Shown here piece by piece: positions 8,991 through 20,067 of a DNA stretch of 64,000 bases (position 1 is the first letter of the stretch; every line of letters starts with the position of its first letter). The notes below the pieces were generated by a model. That model worked only from the letters and a program-made list of their open reading frames with translations, searched no databases and had not been told where the DNA came from. Both the position numbers and the translations under genes were made by a program. Source of the stretch: a virus; IMG/VR virus record IMGVR_UViG_3300013901_000011, positions 28,923 through 92,922 of that record. One strand, 5' to 3'.

Positions 8991-10935
8991 AGTATTTTTC
9001 TTTGAAATCTTTTTCCGACAAGATGGGGATACCCAATTTTTTGGCAGAAACATTCTTTGAACTAGAACTATTAACATCATTATTAATCAGAATATTAGTA
9101 TTCTTGCTAACTGAACCCACTACCTGACCGCCGCAAGATTCAATAAGTTCTTTAAGTTCGTTTCTATTCTTAAACGTATTTAATTTACCAGTAATTACAA
9201 CCTTAATACCAGACAAACTTTGAGTATGCTCTTCTTTTGGCTCTACTTCATTAAAGATGATAATACCTTTATCAACCATTTCTTTAGCTAATACATAATC
9301 AAAATTAATCAAGGCATCATGCATTTCTGGTCCAAAGCCATCCCAAAGATAAAATTTATTCACAGAATTTATATCATTAATAAAATTCTCCCAAGTCTCC
9401 TCTTTTTCAGCTATGATTTTAGCATATCTTCTACCAATTAAAGGAATTCCCAACGCCGCAATATAGTTCTCCAAATTACAGTGCCGTGCAGCTTCAATAG
9501 ATTCAAGCATCTTATCAACTGATTTAACTCCAAAACCATCTTTTTTAATCCATTCTTCCCTATGTTTTTTTAAATTAAAAATATCTTCAGCACAATTAAT
9601 CCAACCCCAATCAATTAATTTTCCAAAAGTAGCTTTAGATATTCCTTTTATATCAAGGCCCTTTTTACCCGCAAAATGTTCAATACGATTAATAAGCTTT
9701 CCATCACAATCTGGGTTCATACAAAAAAGATTAATAACTCCAGAAGCAGAAGTAATCATTTTTGTTTCACTGCCGCAAATAGGACATTTAATAGGTACTT
9801 GAAATACACCAGTAATTTCTTCTACTGGTTTTACTTCTGCTCGCACAATCTGTGGAATAATCATATTCATTTTAGCAACATATACTTTCTGACCTTTATG
9901 CGGAGTTGTTAATGTCTGCATGAGTACACTTACATTGTGCATACTAGCACGAGACACAGTTGTTCCATCTATATCTATTGGGTCAAAAATTGCAATAGGA
10001 GTTAAAATAGAAGTTCTTCCCATACTCCATTCAATATCTTGAAGCGTAGTCTCATATTCTTCATCGTAAAACTTAAAAGCATAAGCCGCTTTTGCATGAT
10101 GTCCAGTTTCACCAAGACTGGCGCCATATGTTACATCGTCAAAACGTCCAACTAAACCATCAGAAGGATAACCTAATTTCTTTGCGGTTTCAATAAGATA
10201 ATCTTTTGCATCCCAATCAAAAGAAGAAGTATAAGGTACAATAAGAAAACCTAACTTTTTCGCTGCATCTAAACGTGCCATAAAAGAATTTTCATCATAA
10301 AAACCTTTTACAACATTCCACACAACAAAAGTTAAATGACGTTTCTTACATTCGTTTGCATCTAAAAGACGAATACTACCAGAAGCAAAATTGCGAGGAT
10401 TCTTATATTCATCTTTAAACTCTTCAAAATCACCTATTGTACAAATAACTTCACCGTCAATGACCAATTCACTATCATAATCAATATACTGCGGGACTGA
10501 AGCCATTGTTAAAATATTATGAAGAACATCTTCGCCAATTTCTCCATCGCCTCTAGTCTCTGCGGAAATCAGTTTACCACCCGCATATCTCAAGCTACAT
10601 GTTAAACCATCAAGTTTGACCATTCCACAAACATCTTTTGAGGAATCTAAACCTGCAAAATAATTAAGAAACTCATCCCAATCTTTAGTTTTATCCAAAG
10701 AAAGCATTTTATGATTATGCTTAACTTTTTTAAGTTCTGATTTAACTTCATATGAAATTTTACCTGTTGGAGAACCTGGTAATGCAATACCAGATTCATC
10801 CTCAAGTTTCTTCAATTTAAAGTATAATTCATCCCATTCTTTATCTGAGACTACTGGATGCCCTTCATCATATGCTTTTGTCCACTCATTTAAAATCTGA
10901 ATCATTTCATACATCTCTTTTTCAATTTTATCCAT
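8977..10935 (-). CDS. ligA: NAD-dependent DNA ligase
   Basis: KxDG adenylation motif VCGMVKLDGLTCSL, Cys4 zinc finger CPICGSE...CMNPDC, C-terminal BRCT-like region; length 652 aa. Confidence 0.85.
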   Translation of the reverse strand: MDKIEKEMYEMIQILNEWTKAYDEGHPVVSDKEWDELYFKLKKLEDESGIALPGSPTGKISYEVKSELKKVKHNHKMLSLDKTKDWDEFLNYFAGLDSSKDVCGMVKLDGLTCSLRYAGGKLISAETRGDGEIGEDVLHNILTMASVPQYIDYDSELVIDGEVICTIGDFEEFKDEYKNPRNFASGSIRLLDANECKKRHLTFVVWNVVKGFYDENSFMARLDAAKKLGFLIVPYTSSFDWDAKDYLIETAKKLGYPSDGLVGRFDDVTYGASLGETGHHAKAAYAFKFYDEEYETTLQDIEWSMGRTSILTPIAIFDPIDIDGTTVSRASMHNVSVLMQTLTTPHKGQKVYVAKMNMIIPQIVRAEVKPVEEITGVFQVPIKCPICGSETKMITSASGVINLFCMNPDCDGKLINRIEHFAGKKGLDIKGISKATFGKLIDWGWINCAEDIFNLKKHREEWIKKDGFGVKSVDKMLESIEAARHCNLENYIAALGIPLIGRRYAKIIAEKEETWENFINDINSVNKFYLWDGFGPEMHDALINFDYVLAKEMVDKGIIIFNEVEPKEEHTQSLSGIKVVITGKLNTFKNRNELKELIESCGGQVVGSVSKNTNILINNDVNSSSSKNVSAKKLGIPILSEKDFKEKYFDFL

Positions 10936-11091
10936 GTAATCTCTCCATTTCTAAAATAATATAATCTGAAGTAAATTGTATTATTGTTAAACCTTTTAAG
11001 GATAAATTAATAAAATCCTCTAAAGTCATAGCTATTAATCCTTGGGGATAAATACTTGCTCTATCCCCAGGTTGTAATTCATATGCTTTTA

Positions 11092-13428
11092 TCATACTTT
11101 TGTTATTGAACTAATATTGCCACGTTTAATCAACTGATTTCCAACAGCATTTCTACCCTGTAAAGGAATATCTTTAGCAGAAATACAAATTGAATTTGGC
11201 ACTCCTACCAGAAGAATAGAATCTTCATCAGAAATTAAACTCGCTCCAACCACTTCACCAGATACATCAGTTGGTTTATAACAAATTAAACCTTTACCTG
11301 CACGTTTCTGTTTGATAGCTTCTTTAAGGGCAATTTTCTTTCCAAGACCCTTCTCAGAAACAATGGCAATCTGGTCGTCCTCATGACGAATAGGTAAAGC
11401 TGAAACAACTTTATCACCATCCGCAAGATTAATACCTTTCATACCCATCGTTGCACGAGAACTAGATGTAACCTCATTAGAAGTAAATCTAATCATCATA
11501 CCTTTCTTAGTAATAAGAAGAATATCTTCATCTTTGATAAGATTTACAGAAGCTAAACTATCATCTTCCCGCAAATTAATTGCCGCAAGACCAGTTTTCT
11601 TTTTAGTTTTAATATATTCTTCAAGGCTTGTTTTCTTAACAATACCATTTTTAGTTGCAAATAAGACATAATTTGCATCAGTATCTCTGTAAATGGAATA
11701 AATTAAAGTTGGCTTCTCATCACTTTCCATCTCAATAAGAGATTGTAATGACTGACCTTTAGTTGTATTTGTTCCTACTGGAATATTATCAACTAAAATA
11801 CGATACATCTTACCTTTATTTGTAAATACCATAAGAGAATCAATAGTATTTGTGCGGATAACCGCAGATACTACATCATTTTCAGTTTTGATACCCTTAC
11901 CATTTCTTCTCTGTGTGCGGAAACTAGAACTTGGAATTCTTTTAACAAGACCACCCTCAGTCATAACTACAACACATTTTTCAGGTTCTACAAATGCAAT
12001 TTCTTTCTCTTCTGGTTTAACTTCAATATGAGTTAATTCCGTTTTTCTAGAACCACCATATTTTTTTATAAGATTAAAAATATTTTCAACAAGAATATTT
12101 TTACGTTTATCAGAACTCTCAAGTAATTCAATCAGATTTGCTATAGTTGCATTTAACTCATTTAGTTCATTTTTAATTTTAATTCCATCAAGTTTTGTCA
12201 ACTGACCAATCGTCATTTTTAATACACAATCAGCTTGACGAGAAGTAAAATTCCATTTAGATATTAAGTTATTTTTTGCTTCTATTTTATCATTACTACC
12301 TCTGACTACTTCAATTATTTCATCAATATGAGCAATAGCAATTAATAAACCTTCGCATTCTTCTTTTCTTAACTCAGCTTTTTCTTTATCAAAATTATAT
12401 TCACGCATTAAACATTCATCATTGTGTTTATATAATAACTGAAAATATTTTTCAGTATTTACAAGCTGAGGAATTTTATCAATTAGTAAATTCTGGTTGG
12501 CAGAATATGATTTCTGCAAGTCAGTTTTCTTATAAAGCATTTGTAATACTTTATATGGGTCAGCTTTTTTCTCACAGATTATTTTAATATTAATTCCTTT
12601 TTTACCAGAATTATTTAAAATATCTACAACACCAGGCAATTCATCTTGGTCATAAAGCTTTTTGAAATCTTCCATAAGGTCTCTTACACAAGTCTGATAG
12701 CAAATTTCTGTAATGATAATTGCATTTTTCTCAACTTCTGCTTTAGCCCTTAAAATAACCTTGCCTTTTCCAGTTTTTAAGATAGTACCTAGCTCTTTCT
12801 GGTTAATAATTATACCACCAGAAGGAAAAGATGGACTTAAAGTATAATCCATTTCTCCTGTTTTAATATAATTAGCATAAGCTGTGGATACTTCTGCTAA
12901 ATCATAAGGTAACCATTTCTGCGCGATTGTGGTTCCAATTCCTTCACTACCGTTAATCATTAACATTGGAAGCGGAGAAGGAAGTACTTCCGGCCACTCA
13001 ACTGTCTCATCGAAGTTCATAATGAATGGAACATTTTTCTTTTTAATTCCATCAAACATTTCTAAACCAGCTTTGCTGAGTCTTACCTCAGTATAACGAC
13101 TAGAAGCTGCTTCTGGAATAATCTGATTACCATTAGAACCATGAAATTCACAAAGTGGAACATTATTTGTGAATCCTTGAGACATACGAGCAAAGGTTTC
13201 ATAAATTGCGGTGTCTCCATGCGGCCACAGCTCTGCGATAACTCCGCCGGATACTTTAGCACTTTTAACATGCGGTTTATTTGGAAGATAGCCTCGTCTA
13301 TACATTTCATATAGACAAGCTCTCTGTCCTGGCTTCAACCCATCAATCGCTGGGAAAGCTCTCTCTACATTTGTCTGATAACAATAATCCAAAAAGTCTT
13401 GTGACATCTCTTCAATAAAATCTATCAT
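11092..13428 (-). CDS. type II DNA topoisomerase subunit A (GyrA/ParC-like, T4 gp52-like)
   Basis: DGLKPGQR hallmark near N-terminus, 778 aa, directly downstream of the B-like subunit. Confidence 0.8.
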   Translation of the reverse strand: MIDFIEEMSQDFLDYCYQTNVERAFPAIDGLKPGQRACLYEMYRRGYLPNKPHVKSAKVSGGVIAELWPHGDTAIYETFARMSQGFTNNVPLCEFHGSNGNQIIPEAASSRYTEVRLSKAGLEMFDGIKKKNVPFIMNFDETVEWPEVLPSPLPMLMINGSEGIGTTIAQKWLPYDLAEVSTAYANYIKTGEMDYTLSPSFPSGGIIINQKELGTILKTGKGKVILRAKAEVEKNAIIITEICYQTCVRDLMEDFKKLYDQDELPGVVDILNNSGKKGINIKIICEKKADPYKVLQMLYKKTDLQKSYSANQNLLIDKIPQLVNTEKYFQLLYKHNDECLMREYNFDKEKAELRKEECEGLLIAIAHIDEIIEVVRGSNDKIEAKNNLISKWNFTSRQADCVLKMTIGQLTKLDGIKIKNELNELNATIANLIELLESSDKRKNILVENIFNLIKKYGGSRKTELTHIEVKPEEKEIAFVEPEKCVVVMTEGGLVKRIPSSSFRTQRRNGKGIKTENDVVSAVIRTNTIDSLMVFTNKGKMYRILVDNIPVGTNTTKGQSLQSLIEMESDEKPTLIYSIYRDTDANYVLFATKNGIVKKTSLEEYIKTKKKTGLAAINLREDDSLASVNLIKDEDILLITKKGMMIRFTSNEVTSSSRATMGMKGINLADGDKVVSALPIRHEDDQIAIVSEKGLGKKIALKEAIKQKRAGKGLICYKPTDVSGEVVGASLISDEDSILLVGVPNSICISAKDIPLQGRNAVGNQLIKRGNISSITKV

Positions 13429-15350
13429 TCTTCACTCTCCCATAAATCATTTGCTTTATTACCATTATTTAACAAGAACTGTCTTCTACCAACAACACTT
13501 GTGCCCATTAACATTTCAAGATGTTTTTCAGCTGCGATTGCATCTTCTACAACAAGCTGCTTAACATTTCTTGTTTTTGGGTCAAGAAGAACATCTGATA
13601 ACTCATCTGCATCACATTCTCCAAGACCTTTCATACGATTAACTCGGTATTTCTCTCCGATATGTTTCTGTTTATACTCTTCTAATGCTTGAGCATCTTT
13701 GATATAAATGTATTCATTTTTATTTGTTGTTATTCTAAACAATGGTGCATATGCAACATAAAAATGACCATTTATAATAAGCTCTGGACATAAACTCCAA
13801 AGATTAACTGCAATTAACATTCTAATATTTTGTCCATCTGGGTCACCATCAGTATCTGCAATAATCTTACCATAGCGTAATTTACTTTTATCATAAATTA
13901 ATTTACCTTTTTCATTAAGCTCTAAACCTAATGCTTTGATAAGGTTATTTACTTCTTGATTAGCCATTACTTTTTCATTTTTATTTTTAAAACTGTTTAT
14001 CATTTTTCCTCTAATTGGAAAGATAGCTTGATACTCAGCTATTCTTGCACCGACTAGACCTGAAGCAGCACTATCCCCCTCACAAATATGCAGTTCTGCA
14101 TCCATACGATTTTCTGTTGAACAATCAACTAATTTAGATGGGAGATTTGCCAATTTAGATTTTTTATTACCTTTTGTAGCCCTTGCGACTTCACGAGCTT
14201 TCTTTGCCGCATTTCTAGCTCTTCGCGCAAGTAACGCTTTTTCAATGATTGTTTTTACGTCTTTTGGATTCTCATTCATCCACTCAACGAAATTCACATT
14301 AATTGCTTCAAGAATAAGAGCTTTGTCAATGTCTGTTACACGCACTTTGGTCTGACTATCGTATTTAACAGATTTTGCTTTTAAGTTAAACACAATAATC
14401 AATCCTTCATTTAACTCCGCACCAGTTAGATTTGTTTCATCTTTCTTATACAACTTATTATCATTTGCATATTTATTTAATGCACGAGTTAAGTTTGCTC
14501 TAAGAGTAGTAAGATGGATACCACTTTCTACCTTACCATAATTAACATAACTTACAATATCCTCTGAATAACCAGAAGTGTAAGTCATACAAATGTCAAT
14601 CAAATCATTACCCTTGACAATATGTGCGTTAAAACGCTTTTTAATAATTTCATCATCTTTAACTTTTTTATCCACAAGGTCATTAATACCATTTTTAGAA
14701 TGAAAATCTTCTTCTTTTCCATCAACGATTAATTTAATTGTTAAAGTTGGGCTAAGAGCAGACTCTTCTTTAAATAATGTGCGGATGTCATTTAGGTTTG
14801 CTTCTGGGTTTTGAAAGAACTGCGGGTCCGGTGTATAAATGACTTTAGTACCATGAACGCCCACTTTCTCTTTGGTAATCTCTCTTTTTTGGAATAATCC
14901 ATCTTTATACCAAAGAGTCTCTCTTTGACCTTTGCCGTCAGATGTAGTAATCATTGAGCTGGATGAAAGGTAGCAGACAAGCTTCATTCCGATGCCGTTA
15001 AGTCCAAGTGCACTGCCGCCATAAATAGAATCATCAGAATCGTCATATTTTCCAGAAGTATTAATTACAGAAAAACATTCAGAAAGCATTGTCTCACCGT
15101 CTGGTCTTTCTACTCCTGGAATAAAACCTTGTGCAAAATCCTCACAGGTATATTCATTTTTCCTTGTATCCACAGTAATAACAATTTCAGTTCCATGACC
15201 GATAATATGTTCATCATGTGCATTCGCAAACAGCTCTTTTAAAAGCTGTGTGCTATATTCAGTAGAACCGCAATATGTACTAGGTCTTTTTCTTGTAAAT
15301 TCTCTAGCATCAATATGTTGCGTACTATTCTCATTATATTTTTTTGACAT
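13425..15350 (-). CDS. type II DNA topoisomerase subunit B (GyrB-like ATPase plus toprim, T4 gp39-like)
   Basis: Toprim motif ICEGDSAASG, GHKL ATPase N-terminus; likely true start MSKKYNE at 15350 (RBS AGGAAAAA) rather than 15425. Confidence 0.8.
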   Translation of the reverse strand: MSKKYNENSTQHIDAREFTRKRPSTYCGSTEYSTQLLKELFANAHDEHIIGHGTEIVITVDTRKNEYTCEDFAQGFIPGVERPDGETMLSECFSVINTSGKYDDSDDSIYGGSALGLNGIGMKLVCYLSSSSMITTSDGKGQRETLWYKDGLFQKREITKEKVGVHGTKVIYTPDPQFFQNPEANLNDIRTLFKEESALSPTLTIKLIVDGKEEDFHSKNGINDLVDKKVKDDEIIKKRFNAHIVKGNDLIDICMTYTSGYSEDIVSYVNYGKVESGIHLTTLRANLTRALNKYANDNKLYKKDETNLTGAELNEGLIIVFNLKAKSVKYDSQTKVRVTDIDKALILEAINVNFVEWMNENPKDVKTIIEKALLARRARNAAKKAREVARATKGNKKSKLANLPSKLVDCSTENRMDAELHICEGDSAASGLVGARIAEYQAIFPIRGKMINSFKNKNEKVMANQEVNNLIKALGLELNEKGKLIYDKSKLRYGKIIADTDGDPDGQNIRMLIAVNLWSLCPELIINGHFYVAYAPLFRITTNKNEYIYIKDAQALEEYKQKHIGEKYRVNRMKGLGECDADELSDVLLDPKTRNVKQLVVEDAIAAEKHLEMLMGTSVVGRRQFLLNNGNKANDLWESEE

Positions 15351-15709
15351 AAAGAATTTTTCCTTTCTCTTTATTTCTTTATATATTATATAAAAATTTT
15401 TATAAAAAATCAATAAGATTACCATTTTATCGTGAAAGCATTTTTTATTAAAATTAATTAACTGTGGAATTGCCAGAGTTAATAAAAAATATTAAAGCTA
15501 AAATTTTCCCTCAAAAGATTAGCTGTTAAAAAATTTACATTTGACTTTGAAAAAATTTTTGAGTAACATATATAAAGAAGAAGAAAAAAGAAAAAACAGG
15601 TCGAAATATTATTATATATAATTAATAATAAATATTATAATATGTTAATATAGGGCAGTTTTGGAAAAAATATGGAAAATAAATCTCCTTAAATAATAAA
15701 AACAGAGTA

Positions 15710-16213
15710 TTAAATACTCTGTTTTTTTAATATATCATTTATCTTAGGTTTATTATCTGCCGCAAGCGCATCTGCTAACTCATTACCTATAATTCCCGCA
15801 TGTCCATGTACTTTTAATATTTCTATATTATCTTTCTTCTTCTGGATTCCTTGTATATTTTCTTGCCAATATAACGGATACATCTTTTCAAATAAATCTT
15901 GATTTTTAACCTCTTGATTTTTTGGGCGTTTCCAACCCGCTTTTCGCCAACTTAAAATCCAATCATTCATTGCATTAACGCAATATGCTGAATCACAGTA
16001 TATTTTAATCTCTTCATCTTCTGGAAGATTATTCGCAAACAATAACCCATAAGCTAAAGCCATTAATTCCATTCTATTATTAGTAACACTATCGTGATAT
16101 TCTGCTCTATGCGTTACATAATATCCATCTTTATAGATTACAGTAGCCCATCCACCTTTTCCCGGATTTCCTTTGCTACTTCCATCACAATATATTTCAA
16201 TCATTCTTATCAC
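15710..16213 (-). CDS. rnhA: ribonuclease H (RNase HI-like)
   Basis: IEIYCDGSSKGNPGKGGWATVI, DSAYC, HGH motifs typical of RNase HI. Confidence 0.8.
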   Translation of the reverse strand: MIRMIEIYCDGSSKGNPGKGGWATVIYKDGYYVTHRAEYHDSVTNNRMELMALAYGLLFANNLPEDEEIKIYCDSAYCVNAMNDWILSWRKAGWKRPKNQEVKNQDLFEKMYPLYWQENIQGIQKKKDNIEILKVHGHAGIIGNELADALAADNKPKINDILKKQSI

Positions 16214-16254
16214 CTTTTTTCTCTTTTAAATATATTACTGTAAAAAAGTTATAA

Positions 16255-16300
16255 AATCAAGAAAAAGCCCTATGCAGATATAAAATCTACATAGGGCTAA
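16255..16300 (-). terminator. terminator hairpin followed by TTGATTTTATAAC
   Basis: Minus strand AGCCCTATG-tagattttatatctg-CATAGGGC-TTTTTCTTGATTTTATAAC. Confidence 0.45.
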
Positions 16301-16302
16301 AT

Positions 16303-16764
16303 TTAACCTTGAGCTTCTTCAGAGGAATTATCCTCTTCTGGCTCTTCTTCGATTGGGTCATTGTTATTAAATGATTGTTGCGCCATCATATATGTTATTC
16401 CATTAGCAGTATTCTCTTTGGTAGCTTTTATTGCATAAACAGCAAATCCCATTACTTCAGTTACTACTGCCCCGATAAGGGTAACCAATGGAGAAAAATC
16501 CATTGGATTACCAGTCATATATGAAATCTTTAAACTTTGTGCGGTTGCCCATCCAGTAAATAATTCTACAAGGGTGCAATTTATAAACAAAAATCCAACT
16601 AAAAGTTTAGTAGTTGACATTTTTTTGGGTTTCCGCATTTCTCTCTTTTCATTGCGCAATTTTTGTTCTCTTTCGAGAAGAGATTTTTCAGCGTTCCAAT
16701 AAATCTCTTCTCGTCTTATTTCATGTTCTTTTTCACGCAGACTCTTTTTTCTGAATAAACTCAT
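16303..16764 (-). CDS. membrane protein, holin/lysis-accessory candidate
   Basis: Two hydrophobic helices (LLVGFLFINCTLVELFTGW and LVTLIGAVVTEVMGFAVYAI) immediately downstream of lysin gene. Confidence 0.4.
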   Translation of the reverse strand: MSLFRKKSLREKEHEIRREEIYWNAEKSLLEREQKLRNEKREMRKPKKMSTTKLLVGFLFINCTLVELFTGWATAQSLKISYMTGNPMDFSPLVTLIGAVVTEVMGFAVYAIKATKENTANGITYMMAQQSFNNNDPIEEEPEEDNSSEEAQG

Positions 16765-16766
16765 AA

Positions 16767-18470
16767 TTATTTCTTTCTAAGATAATTTTTAGAAGCAAAT
16801 CCAGTATAAGTCACATTTTTATAAGTAAATTGAATATAAAGCCAAACATCTCCGCCAGATACATTATAATATCCGTAGTTTTTAACTTCTGTTCCTTTTG
16901 GAACTGCTACTAAAATAGATTTTTTAGTTCCAGCACCATCTCTAACATTTAAAGTTCCACCATTAGTATTTACAACATAAGTACCTGCAAGATTTTTATT
17001 AAAAGAGTCTGCTCCTTCTTTTGCTGTAACTTTTTTAATGTTAGTTGTAGTTGTGGTTGTTTGTTGTTTTTTAGCAACATATTTATAATAAGTATTTTTT
17101 TCACAAGAAGTATAAGCGTATCCTTTAGCTGCGCCAGGCCATACAATCTTATACCAATTATTACTTGTTTTCTCAAGAACTTCAACTGCGGTTCCCGCAC
17201 TGATTGAGCCATAAGAGGTGTATGAAGTTCCATTACCGGAACGAATATTCATTTCACATAAGGCTGTTGCAGTTCCAATACCTTTGCCAGAATATGATGT
17301 ATTTCCCTGTGGTACTGTTGCTCCACCGGTGCTTGTAGAAGTTCCTGGATTAAAGTTTACGTAAGCACCTTTAGTTACATTTGTAGCTGTATGAGAACGT
17401 TCATTAAGAAGAATATCGCCAGGAAGAAGATATCCATATCCAGTAGTGTATTTACTATCTGTTAAAATAGTGAATCCCGCACGACTATATGCGGCTCTCA
17501 TATCTCCTGTATATGTTGCACTAATGGTTTGAAGTGCCGGAATACCAAGTAAATGTCCTACCGCTCTAGTATTCGCGATAACCCCAGCAGAACAATCACT
17601 TTCGCATTTCTTTGTAATTTTAGATGGGTCGTATCCAACTAATCTTAAATTGCTCCAATAGCTATCTCTTTCATATTGGTCATATCCAATATTATCATTT
17701 AAGGCTGCGGCGCAACCTAATTCTGCTAATTTAAGTCCTACTTGTGGATTTTTTGTATATCTAATTACACAATTCCATGGTCTATTATACCAAGAGCGCA
17801 GATACCATTCATCCCCTGATTGGTCTCCTGCGGTGCCACCATGATATTGACCTCTTTCATCATGCCCAGAATTAGAAATATAATGAGTTCCTTTGCTATA
17901 AATATAATTGTCATATCTTCCCATGTTAGTTACCTTACCTCCTGCATATTTATTATAATATTGTTTTCCATAGTTTGCTCTTGTGGTTTTAACGCTACTT
18001 CCTGTATTTGCTGGACACTCGAATCTTGTTAATACTATATCAGAAGCTTCTTGAACACTTTTTGCATTTTTTAATGTTTTTAATACTGTTGGATAAGTTG
18101 TAGTTAATTCTTTTACTAACCATTCTAATTGTGTGTTTTCATCACTTATTGATACACCTTTTGATTTTACTAAATCATATAAACCTGCTTTGCGACTAGG
18201 ACTAGTCCATTGACATAGACCATAACCATATTGTTTACCAGGTAAAGGATTCAAAAACGTGGCTCTAGAAATCTTACCAGAATCTATTGCCGCGGTATAA
18301 GTAGTATCATTGTAATTCTGTCCATTTTGGGAAAGTCGTTTTAGGCATAACATTTCTACTCTATTGGCTTTCATGCCAGATTCAGCATAAATGTTTCCCA
18401 TTAAACCTGCAACACCATATTCATTTCCTAGTTGCTTTAACAAATAATCCCATATGTTTTTATCTGCCAT
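16767..18470 (-). CDS. peptidoglycan hydrolase (phage lysozyme-like N-domain plus SH3-like C-terminal repeats)
   Basis: N-terminal GVAGLMGNIYAESG resembles the phage tail lysozyme family signature; C-terminal NWYKIVWPGAAKGYAYTS SH3b-like. Confidence 0.5.
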   Translation of the reverse strand: MADKNIWDYLLKQLGNEYGVAGLMGNIYAESGMKANRVEMLCLKRLSQNGQNYNDTTYTAAIDSGKISRATFLNPLPGKQYGYGLCQWTSPSRKAGLYDLVKSKGVSISDENTQLEWLVKELTTTYPTVLKTLKNAKSVQEASDIVLTRFECPANTGSSVKTTRANYGKQYYNKYAGGKVTNMGRYDNYIYSKGTHYISNSGHDERGQYHGGTAGDQSGDEWYLRSWYNRPWNCVIRYTKNPQVGLKLAELGCAAALNDNIGYDQYERDSYWSNLRLVGYDPSKITKKCESDCSAGVIANTRAVGHLLGIPALQTISATYTGDMRAAYSRAGFTILTDSKYTTGYGYLLPGDILLNERSHTATNVTKGAYVNFNPGTSTSTGGATVPQGNTSYSGKGIGTATALCEMNIRSGNGTSYTSYGSISAGTAVEVLEKTSNNWYKIVWPGAAKGYAYTSCEKNTYYKYVAKKQQTTTTTTNIKKVTAKEGADSFNKNLAGTYVVNTNGGTLNVRDGAGTKKSILVAVPKGTEVKNYGYYNVSGGDVWLYIQFTYKNVTYTGFASKNYLRKK

Positions 18471-18496
18471 ATTTTTCTCCTTTCAAAAATTATAAT

Positions 18497-18523
18497 AAAA
18501 AAGGAAGACCTTTCGGTCTCCCT
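18497..18523 (-). terminator. rho-independent terminator after phoH
   Basis: Minus strand GGGAGACC-GAAA-GGTCTTCC then TTTTTTATTATAA. Confidence 0.55.
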
Positions 18524-19771
18524 TTACATTAATTCTGCTTGTTCAGCTATTTTACTTCTATAGATTTTTTGTAATTCAATTTCACCATAATAATCGCAAC
18601 CTCTGAACACTTCAGACATTTTCCGCATACCATTATTTGCGCCACTATATAAAATTGAATCTACTTGATGTTTAGTATCTCCGTCAATAATACAAATACT
18701 ATCTTCTCCAATACGCTGGAGGGCAAGTCTCATTAATTCAACACTTAAATTTTGAGCTTCTGTAATATATATACCTGCATTTAATCCAGTAGTATCGAAA
18801 CCACGCAAATCAGACATAGGCAATAACATAAGTTTTCTATCAGTAATTAATCTTTCTACCTCGATTCTATCACCAAGTTTACTAGAAAGCATATTACCTA
18901 TCTGTGAATCTAATAACTTGTCATTCTTATCACCTGGGTAATATCCAAGTTTTGCTGCACCCTGCGCGGCGATTGTATTACAGAATACTATAATTTTATC
19001 TATTTTTCGCTTTTCAAGCTGCTCAAATAGAAATCCGAGGCTTAAATAGCTCTTACCAGAACCCGCACGTCCTTGAATCATTGTAATCTGATTATTATTA
19101 AAAGATTCTAAAGCCGCACATTGGTAAGCATCTTTTGGAGTAATTTTACCAAACATATAACTTTCTGTTTTATAATACTGAAATTGTTCAAAACCATTTT
19201 CAGTTCTTTTATATTTATCTATTATTTCTCCTTGTGGATTTTTAATAAATAAATATTCATTAATTAAGCAACCAAATTTTTCAGAAATTTCTTTATCAAA
19301 TAGGTCTGCATAAATTTGTGCTAATTCTTCATCGGAAGAATATGTAATTTCTTTAAAGCCAGTATAATCATCTGTACTTTCTTCTGCAACTGAAACTATA
19401 TGCTCGTCATCAAAAAAGATTGTAGCTAATGATTTTAAGCACAAATCATTAGAACAAAAATAAATTTCGTCAGGATAATTATAAGCAGAAATTAAGATTC
19501 TACTATCATTATTATCTGGTAAATTATATTTTTTAATTAATTCAGATAAATCATAATAAATATCAGTAATGAACTTTCCTTTATTTTTATCTAAAATTCT
19601 AGTTAAATGTCTCGCGGCGTATTTAACGTCGGCATCTTTTTTATCAGAATTTTTTATATCTTCCAATTCCCGCAATGAAACTGAAGAAATAATTACTTGT
19701 TCTTCTGGATTATCAAATAAAGTATCTGCTGTTAATAGTAGACTACAAGTATCATAATAGATATTTTTCAT
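18524..19771 (-). CDS. phoH: PhoH-like ATPase with N-terminal PIN domain
   Basis: Walker A GRAGSGKSYLSLG, PhoH-like C-terminal region, N-terminal MKNIYYDTCSLL PIN-like. Confidence 0.75.
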   Translation of the reverse strand: MKNIYYDTCSLLLTADTLFDNPEEQVIISSVSLRELEDIKNSDKKDADVKYAARHLTRILDKNKGKFITDIYYDLSELIKKYNLPDNNDSRILISAYNYPDEIYFCSNDLCLKSLATIFFDDEHIVSVAEESTDDYTGFKEITYSSDEELAQIYADLFDKEISEKFGCLINEYLFIKNPQGEIIDKYKRTENGFEQFQYYKTESYMFGKITPKDAYQCAALESFNNNQITMIQGRAGSGKSYLSLGFLFEQLEKRKIDKIIVFCNTIAAQGAAKLGYYPGDKNDKLLDSQIGNMLSSKLGDRIEVERLITDRKLMLLPMSDLRGFDTTGLNAGIYITEAQNLSVELMRLALQRIGEDSICIIDGDTKHQVDSILYSGANNGMRKMSEVFRGCDYYGEIELQKIYRSKIAEQAELM

Positions 19772-20019
19772 TCGTCTTCTTCTGCCTCGCTTTCGTCCTC
19801 TTCTACTATTGGTTCTGTAACAAAACCTATTGAATTAGAAGCGGTTTCCTGTGGTTGAGTTGCTTTTTCATAATCGGCTCGTAATTTAGCTACTTGAACT
19901 TGCATTTTTCCTTTTTCAACTTCGCACTTTTGGAGTACTAAGCTAGAAATAGAATTAAGTAATCCAAGTCCTACTTCTGCTGTAAACATGCCAAGTAAGA
20001 AATATTTTAATTTATTCAT
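19768..20019 (-). CDS. small membrane protein
   Basis: 83 aa, N-terminal hydrophobic segment, acidic C-terminus; overlaps phoH start. Confidence 0.35.
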   Translation of the reverse strand: MNKLKYFLLGMFTAEVGLGLLNSISSLVLQKCEVEKGKMQVQVAKLRADYEKATQPQETASNSIGFVTEPIVEEDESEAEEDE

Positions 20020-20067
20020 ATATTTCCTCCTTATATAGATTTATAATTTTTAAATTAAAATATTTAT

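Noticed and set aside
13083-13310. Minus ORF nested in topoisomerase A-subunit gene in another frame
   Set aside because: Alternate-frame ORF inside a well-supported gene.
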